DNA of 11,822 nt from Bdellovibrionota bacterium (GTDB taxonomy: Bacteria > Bdellovibrionota_C > UBA2361 > JBGSMV01): NCBI GenBank assembly GCA_044356455.1, contig JBIKWF010000125.1:1-11822 (forward strand). The letters are read 5' to 3'. Each line of letters begins with the position of its first letter. The stretch's first letter is position 1. A model generated the notes under the pieces. The model did no database searches and was not told the DNA's origin. It saw only the letters and a list, made by a program, of their open reading frames with translations. This document shows, one piece after another, positions 5,988 to 11,822 of this stretch. The position numbers were made by a program, and so were the translations under genes.

Positions 5988-7394
5988 TTAAGACTCAGAA
6001 ATTGGACGAGGTTCAACTACTTGAGAGGCTCCAAGAGGTCGTGGAATAGGCTCAGTCCGTGTTCCGCCCAGTAGCCTTTCTAGCATGAGGTCGCAGTACA
6101 CTTCGAATGAGTTGAGCGATGCGGCGATCCAAAGGAACGGCCGAACTAAAAGCCAGCGATACACGGTGAGAATCGCCCCTTGCTCAAGGGCAAGTCGGTA
6201 GAGCCAGCGCTGAGCCGAAAGTGGGAATATGCGATCGTAAAATCTTCCTCTTTCGCGAGAGGCGACACCTAGAACGCTTCGCACGTGCAGGTCGTGTAGC
6301 GCGCTCGGCGCTCGCAGGAATTGGTAGGTTCTTAGGCACATATGCCCAGCGGTATGGAAGGCCGCGAGATAGAACCAGTGAAGCCCAATTTCAGCATAGA
6401 TCAGTGAAACTTGAGTGATAGTCGCATACGCCAATGATGTTTTGACATCCGCTCTAATTCTCCCTGCGAGAGAAGCAAAACATGCCGAAATTAGTCCTAC
6501 TGCGATCAGGATGTACGAAAGAGTGGGCGATGCGGTGACAAGCGGCGCCTGCCGTAAAAAGAGATAAGGCCCCGCGTGTACCGCAAAGGCTCCATAGAAG
6601 ATAGCGCTCGAAGGGGTTGGACCTTCCATCGCCCCAGGCAGCCAAGGGAAAAAGGGCAGCGTAGAGGATTTTCCCGATGCTGAGAGAAGAAAAAGGAGCC
6701 CGATGACGAGAGCGTCCCAGGGAGTTCCATCAAAAGCTCCGTAGGGCCCATTGCTCGAGTGGATGAATCTACCGATTTCAGTTGTTCCAAATACCGCATG
6801 CGCATACATGAGGGCGAGGAGGAGTCCCACATCAGCAATTCGGTAGACCGTGAAGGTTCGTAGCCCGTTGACCACGGGCCCTCTTCGTGAGTGGAAAAAG
6901 GCGATAAGGAGCGTTGAGGATATTCCGAGAAACTCCCAGCCTACCACCGTAAGTCCCAGGCTATCTGCAACGACCACGAGTGTCATTCCGAAAGTAGCGA
7001 GTAAGAGTAGAAGGTAAAACCGTGTGTACCCTTCTTCTTGATGAATATAGGTCTTTGAAAACTTACTAACGAGAGCAGAGAGTAGCGTAGTAATAATTAA
7101 AAAACCCATGCTGAGGGTGGAGATGGAGAAAGTGATGTCGAAGTGGTGGTCTCCATACGAGAACCAAGAGTGATAGCGCTCAACATAGTGATATTCGCTG
7201 GTCGCAATCATGATCAGCAGTAAAGCTGTTACGCAGCCTGTTGCGACAAATGAAGACGCTTTGGCTATGCTCGAGACATAGCTTTCGTTGGGTCCGTGAG
7301 AGAATAGCCCCCAAAGTGAAAGGGCGAGAAATCCAAAAAAGGGCGAGAGAACGACCCCCAAGAGACACAGAGAACGAACAGTAAGAATATCCAT
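5988..7394 (-). CDS. dabB: NuoL/ND5-like membrane subunit of the DAB-type inorganic carbon transporter (DabB/MpsA-like, 468 aa)
   Basis: NuoL-family motifs YxHxExGYxRF, GWEFLGISSTLLI, YRIADVG, GKSSTLPFFPWLPGAMEGPTPSSA and DVKTSLAYAT. Shorter than NuoL. Starts 3 nt after the DUF2309 gene stop. Confidence 0.88.
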   Translation of the reverse strand: MDILTVRSLCLLGVVLSPFFGFLALSLWGLFSHGPNESYVSSIAKASSFVATGCVTALLLIMIATSEYHYVERYHSWFSYGDHHFDITFSISTLSMGFLIITTLLSALVSKFSKTYIHQEEGYTRFYLLLLLATFGMTLVVVADSLGLTVVGWEFLGISSTLLIAFFHSRRGPVVNGLRTFTVYRIADVGLLLALMYAHAVFGTTEIGRFIHSSNGPYGAFDGTPWDALVIGLLFLLSASGKSSTLPFFPWLPGAMEGPTPSSAIFYGAFAVHAGPYLFLRQAPLVTASPTLSYILIAVGLISACFASLAGRIRADVKTSLAYATITQVSLIYAEIGLHWFYLAAFHTAGHMCLRTYQFLRAPSALHDLHVRSVLGVASRERGRFYDRIFPLSAQRWLYRLALEQGAILTVYRWLLVRPFLWIAASLNSFEVYCDLMLERLLGGTRTEPIPRPLGASQVVEPRPISES

Positions 7395-7397
7395 AAT

Positions 7398-10300
7398 CTA
7401 ACCAACATGCTGGGACGCGCTCACGCCAACCACCGAAGCAAACGGCAGAGGTCGCGAGGAATGAACACAATAGGAAAGCGAATTAGAAATGCGCGGAAGG
7501 GCGCACTTCTCAATCGGGTAGGGGACGAATTCACCTCGGGAATAGAGTGAAAATGCGGGCCTCTCTGGGTCCATAGCAATCAGCCATAACCAGCGTTTTT
7601 CTACTAGATTCTTGACCTTGGGGAGTCGATCAAGGACTCGCAAAAGAGCCTCGGGTGTAGTTTCAACCACCATCACAAGCCGCACGGGCTCATGGATCTC
7701 AACCATTTGCCAAGGGAGACCCGTCCTTAAATCGCTTGCGGATCCATCCATCACTCCGATTTGCCCCACTATGTTGTGGGGAAGTTTTGTCCCGCACCCA
7801 TAGTTGGTTGAATCCACCATCGAGAAATAATACTCGAGGTTGATCCCCGCACAGACGGGAATAACGGCGCCAAGCAGTCCTTGTAGAATAGTGCCGTCCA
7901 GATCTTGAGTTGGATCATACGATGAAAGAAATGCTCTTCGGTCGAGGAAGAGCCCTCTACAGCGGGAGCGCCGACCGACAAATGCCATGGCGTTTGTGGC
8001 ATGACCGTATTCGGGACGCGGTTCTGAGAAATCTTCAGCACGATGGAGCAGCAGGGCTGCTGCTGCCTCCGGCGATAGATCCTTCTTCGTAGTAAGAAAG
8101 CGCCTCGAACGTTCAAGGGCATTCCGCGCGCTCGCTGCTCGGCAGTTGCGAAGAACTTCAGCAATATCCGATCGGTGAGAGTCGGGGATGAGTGTTTCAT
8201 CAAAGGCTGTAATCGAATCATCGCACGTGTTGTGATACGCGCCGAGAATGTAGGTATCTGCGGGAATGAGAACCCCGAGTCCTTGGAGTCCTTGACGAAT
8301 TTCGGGGTCATTCGCGAAGCGAGCAAAGAGGCGAGCACTGGGAGATCCTCGACGCCCCCCACATGCACCGCAGTCATGGGCGGATTCGTGCGGGTTGTTA
8401 AGACTTGAGGACCCGTGACCCATAATGACAAGTACCCGCGCGCAGCTTTTCGCAATCCCGGTAGCCTTAAAAACAGAGGCAAGACTTTGAGTTATGGCCT
8501 GCTTGAGGGCGGCTTTCGAGCTCGCGTCTTCTGAACTTGGCGCCGTGTCGTGAGAGGCTCCCGCTAAGCTGACCTTAAAGTCAGACTCGCGAATCTCAGG
8601 TGTGTGTAAGGCGCCATGCACTTTGCCTGCGAGAGCTGGTTGTAAGACTCGCATAAGAAAAGGAACAAGGGCGAGGTGCCCTAATGTCGCCGAGACAAGA
8701 GAGCCCCCAAGACTGCTGCGAGTCAGATTCTGGAGTTCCCTGCTTGCGGAGCCTAGGAAGCGCTTAAAAAGATTGTCTCTTCTTCCGGGCGCAGAATGTT
8801 TGTCATGTTCTACCACACTTATTTGCGGCTCCATTACTACCGGGCATAGCGCCTCAGCGTGTAGGTGGTGAATCCCGCGATAGGCAAGCGGTAAATTGAA
8901 GAAGCCAGGATATCCAAGAGTTTCGACGGAGGGATCTATTTCCTCGAGGTGTCGCCGAAGAGACTCTTCACGTTCGTCGATACAGAACATTACCTGAGCT
9001 TTGCCAGGAGCCGGCGGCTTTTTTTCACCGCGATGCCCCACTTCCCCCGTATGGTTGCCAAATGCGACAAGAACGGAGCGAAGATAGGACCGTTCATAAG
9101 CAAGGTGCCAGATGCGCTGCCTCACGGTCTCAGGGAACTCGTCGACTTCGCGCAAAAGGGCAACTGCGAGCTCTCTGCCGTAAGAGGTGAGGTGCTTTGG
9201 AGACAGCTGGGAGATTTGTGCTACGTCAAATATAATCTGGGTCATCCTGTGCCGGGCGTCTTCTTCCGCGCGCGCATGCCCCGCGCTCGCTGCGAGCGCC
9301 TGCAGGTCTTTGAGACGAGTGGAGTTTATCCCATGCTCCTGTGCTAATTCTCTTGCGGCAGCAAGTACTAAGATATTCTGAACAACGAGAAATTCTTCGA
9401 GCGAAGCCTTGACGGGTCGGTCTCGCGCTACTTGTGGTTTGGTCTCAAGGAGAGAGAGAAAGCCTGCCCATCCCTTAAGCTGAAGGCCGCCGTATATTAG
9501 AAACGAAGTGCGCTGATCAAGGGGAACACCAAGTTCCTCCAAAACCGCGCCAAGCACCTCACGACTTGGCTTCGACGCAGGACGATACTTTCGAAACAGC
9601 TCTTCGGCCCTTTTTACCCATGGCTCCGCAGGAATGCCGCGCTGACAAAATAGCGCCTCGGTCGCTGCAAGTAAGCCATGTTCACGGCCAGGCATTGGCC
9701 AATAACTTACCCCTTGGTCAGTAAATGTGCTGCATAGTTGAATGAGTACGGGATGCACCATGTCAAAAAGGTCTATCCCACAGATTTTCGCCAGCGCCTG
9801 TGCGTGGTGTGTGGGCGGCGTTTCGGTCGGCACCGGGAGGGTGCGAACGATAGCGCTCGCATAGTGCCACAAGATAGAAGCCGTAATAGCGTCTGCGCGC
9901 TTCTCATTCGTACGGCTTTTATCAGATCCATGAATAAACGCTGAAAGTTCAGCGCGAGAAATCTTGGGGTTGGTTGGTCCATCGGACCTGAGGTCAGAGA
10001 GGAGCGATTCAAGCCCTGCACCATGGAGCCCAAGAATCCAGTCCCGTGTTTCTTGGATAAGGCTAAGCCTCGTTCGTGGAGATAGATTCGGCCTTAGACG
10101 AAGGCGCGCCTCTGATTGCTTCCAACGAGAGATCGCCTCATCTTCATTTCGCAGCCCGGAATACAATAAATTTCGGCGCAGCGTACTTCGACTGAGGTTC
10201 GGGGTAAGAAATGGAGAGTTTGAAGAGAGAAATGGCGCAAGTTCAATTTCCACGTCCTCTCGAGCAATCGTTCCCTGCAAAAAAAGCTCGCGGTAGCGCT

Positions 10301-10487
10301 CTTCGCTGAGATAAGGTCGAGCTCCATAAATACGGCCTGCGCTCTCAACCGCAACTTCAAAGTCGAGATGCTCAAACGAGTGCAACGTATTGTGGTGGAT
10401 GAATATCTCAATCGGGCCCTGGATGGGCAAAAGATGACGCAACTTTTCTATCGAATGGGAAAGTTCATCATGCGCGGTAAAAACCAT
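7398..10487 (-). CDS. dabA: DabA / DUF2309 (UPF0753, MpsB-like) beta-carbonic-anhydrase-like subunit of the inorganic carbon transporter (~1029 aa)
   Basis: LPIQGPIEIFIHHNTL N-terminus. Zn-ligand motifs FCIDEREESLRRHLE (Cys, Asp) and GHGSSSLNNPHESAHDCGACGG (His, Cys+15). Also EPRPEYGHATNA, LDRRAFLSSYDP, INLEYYFS, YGCGTKLPHN, DLRTGLPWQ and HEPVRL. The ATG at 10487 preceded by AAGAAGGA is preferred over the TTG at 10529. Confidence 0.95.
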   Translation of the reverse strand: MVFTAHDELSHSIEKLRHLLPIQGPIEIFIHHNTLHSFEHLDFEVAVESAGRIYGARPYLSEERYRELFLQGTIAREDVEIELAPFLSSNSPFLTPNLSRSTLRRNLLYSGLRNEDEAISRWKQSEARLRLRPNLSPRTRLSLIQETRDWILGLHGAGLESLLSDLRSDGPTNPKISRAELSAFIHGSDKSRTNEKRADAITASILWHYASAIVRTLPVPTETPPTHHAQALAKICGIDLFDMVHPVLIQLCSTFTDQGVSYWPMPGREHGLLAATEALFCQRGIPAEPWVKRAEELFRKYRPASKPSREVLGAVLEELGVPLDQRTSFLIYGGLQLKGWAGFLSLLETKPQVARDRPVKASLEEFLVVQNILVLAAARELAQEHGINSTRLKDLQALAASAGHARAEEDARHRMTQIIFDVAQISQLSPKHLTSYGRELAVALLREVDEFPETVRQRIWHLAYERSYLRSVLVAFGNHTGEVGHRGEKKPPAPGKAQVMFCIDEREESLRRHLEEIDPSVETLGYPGFFNLPLAYRGIHHLHAEALCPVVMEPQISVVEHDKHSAPGRRDNLFKRFLGSASRELQNLTRSSLGGSLVSATLGHLALVPFLMRVLQPALAGKVHGALHTPEIRESDFKVSLAGASHDTAPSSEDASSKAALKQAITQSLASVFKATGIAKSCARVLVIMGHGSSSLNNPHESAHDCGACGGRRGSPSARLFARFANDPEIRQGLQGLGVLIPADTYILGAYHNTCDDSITAFDETLIPDSHRSDIAEVLRNCRAASARNALERSRRFLTTKKDLSPEAAAALLLHRAEDFSEPRPEYGHATNAMAFVGRRSRCRGLFLDRRAFLSSYDPTQDLDGTILQGLLGAVIPVCAGINLEYYFSMVDSTNYGCGTKLPHNIVGQIGVMDGSASDLRTGLPWQMVEIHEPVRLVMVVETTPEALLRVLDRLPKVKNLVEKRWLWLIAMDPERPAFSLYSRGEFVPYPIEKCALPRISNSLSYCVHSSRPLPFASVVGVSASQHVG

Positions 10488-10591
10488 AAGATCCTTCTTG
10501 GCCCGGGCACGGTACCCAGACACAAACAAAACTCGGGATGTAGTGATGAACAGGGGAGAAACGAGAAGCGGCGGGAAGTGCGGAGTGTAAA

Positions 10592-10604
10592 TGATAAAGC
10601 ATCA
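10592..10604. promoter_or_regulatory. Dyad TGAT-N5-ATCA matching a LysR-type T-N11-A (TNA-N7-TNA) box upstream of dabA
   Basis: Sequence TGATAAAGCATCA, ~105 nt upstream of the dabA ATG. CbbR/CmpR-type LysR regulators use such boxes. The motif is short and no regulator gene is in the window. Confidence 0.3.
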
Positions 10605-11034
10605 ACAACCGCTCAATCAGGACCGCCTTCACAAGACTACTGTCCTCACAAAGCCCCGAGAAGATTCGGGTAACAGCGAAACGGACTCTGCTCGTATGCT
10701 GCTCAAAGGTAAGTTCGAGCGGGTGGGGGCGATACTAAGAGATTTCCCCAGAGAGCATCTTGGTAAGCCTGTTTCAGCGCAGCAAGTATGCTCCTCGACT
10801 GCCTCCTAATCAAGGTAACCGATGTGATTCAAAGAGAATGTGAGACACCGCGAAGCGTAATCTTGAGTGTCCAATTCTAGATCCGGAAGAGGTGATCGTA
10901 AGGTGAAAAGTCGAAAGCTTAGAAGAGATTCTCTGTTTAGTTTCTTCGTGAGCCAAAAACTTCCCAAGATTTCCTACGCGAAATCCTAATAGTTCGTATG
11001 AGGCAGTTACCCCTAAGGGCCGATTTGTGATCCT

Positions 11035-11529
11035 ATGACATCAAGCAGTACCCTTTCCTTTCCCACTAACTATTGTGACCTTATTGTAACAGACGGCGAT
11101 TCGCGCTTGCTTCTGATAGACAGAAGTGAGCGTCCGCTTGGTTGGGCCCTCCCTGGAGGTCTGATTGATGCGGGAGAAACCCCTTATCAAGCAGCGCTGC
11201 GCGAGGCGCAGGAAGAAACGGGACTGGAAGTCAGCATTTATGCTCTTCTGCACTCGTATCCTTTTATTAGGGCAGATGGCGTATGCACGGGAATTAGTCA
11301 CGTCTTTTTGGCTAAAGCGACCGGTTCTCCGCAGCCAGGGACAGATTCCAGCCAGGCACTTTGGGTTCCTTTTCAGCATGTCCCCTCGGAACTGTTGTCC
11401 GAGCATGCCAAGATTTTAGAGGACTTCCAGACCTACGCTAAGCTTGGACTTCGTCCAGGGCCTGCTCGCTCGCTTGTTGACCACCGTGCCTTAGGCGAGC
11501 TCCACGGCCAGCTTTCTGTGGCAGCCTAG
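11035..11529 (+). CDS. Nudix hydrolase (ADP-ribose pyrophosphatase/MutT-like superfamily, 164 aa)
   Basis: Complete Nudix box GX5EX7REUXEEXGU = [23 protein letters not shown], preceded by LLLIDR...GWALPG. Substrate cannot be assigned. Confidence 0.92.
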   Translation: MTSSSTLSFPTNYCDLIVTDGDSRLLLIDRSERPLGWALPGGLIDAGETPYQAALREAQEETGLEVSIYALLHSYPFIRADGVCTGISHVFLAKATGSPQPGTDSSQALWVPFQHVPSELLSEHAKILEDFQTYAKLGLRPGPARSLVDHRALGELHGQLSVAA

Positions 11530-11822
11530 GAGTGTATCCCGTAGAAGAATAATTATTCATTTTGGACACAATCCGTTGCCGCCTTTTCACGCTGCAGTTC
11601 GGTCGCGCCGAATTATGCGAAATGAAAAGGCGAGCTGAGCCCCTATTCGAGGAGATGTCCGCGGAAGGGGCTACTTGCAGCACTCTAGGGAGTTCGGAGC
11701 CTTGTAGGGCGTATGAGCAATAGGGGCTAGGAGTCTGTCCCGTAGGACGGGCCAGACTCCATAGAATCCTGCGTTCCCTATCGGTCACGCGATGATGAGG
11801 AAGAAGTATTTTCGTCTCTGAG

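Noticed and set aside
4641..7394. Annotation as respiratory complex I nuoL/nuoM or an Mrp antiporter
   Set aside because: No other nuo/mrp genes are present, both proteins are shortened or degenerate, and they are translationally coupled to a DUF2309 gene.
10468..10602. 44-codon minus-strand ORF (MLYHLHSALPAASRF...) overlapping the dabA start, as a leader peptide or tiny DAC subunit
   Set aside because: No clear SD, no transmembrane-length hydrophobic run and no recognisable similarity.
11026..11041. CRP-like site TGTGA-TCCTA-TGACA at the Nudix start
   Set aside because: The spacer is 5 rather than 6 nt, the second half-site is imperfect, and it overlaps the start codon.
558..11419. Numerous 60-240 aa ORFs overlapping the main genes (e.g. 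7769..8482, 8949..9347, 4558..4917, 11041..11406)
   Set aside because: Antisense or alternate-frame shadows of well-supported CDSs, with no motifs or protein-like composition.
30..11619. 11-mer CGAATTATGCG present near both window ends (30-40 and 11609-11619) as possible att or direct repeats
   Set aside because: Multiple 11-mer repeats are expected by chance in 11.8 kb, and no integrase is present.
11438..11822. Minus-strand frame open to the window edge (supplied 116-aa ORF)
   Set aside because: It overlaps the Nudix 3' end by ~90 nt and has no recognisable motif. It might be the tail of a gene beyond the window, but this cannot be supported here.
1..11822. CRISPR array, tRNA or rRNA genes
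   Set aside because: No regularly spaced repeats, cloverleaf/T-loop signatures or rRNA-like sequence were seen.

Overview
Bacterial genomic window with four parts. (1) On the minus strand, a tandem pair of paralogous ~490-500 aa hypothetical proteins I cannot assign to a family (150..1664 and 1751..3211). (2) On the plus strand, a stand-alone HUH/Y1 tyrosine transposase-like gene of the RAYT/TnpA(REP) type (3381..4376). It is bracketed by a perfect 16-bp inverted repeat (3285-3300 / 4582-4597) and followed by a ~150-nt non-coding segment that folds by hand into a three-way-junction structure. An unpaired bulge of that structure is complementary to the element's left end. (3) On the minus strand, a tightly coupled three-gene DAB/DAC-type dissolved-inorganic-carbon transporter operon: DabA/DUF2309, NuoL-like DabB, and a degenerate NuoM-like second membrane subunit. 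(4) A divergently oriented Nudix hydrolase. The HUH element with inverted repeats and a structured RNA/ssDNA is the best candidate for an undescribed system. All alignments and folds were done by eye; no database search or folding program was run.
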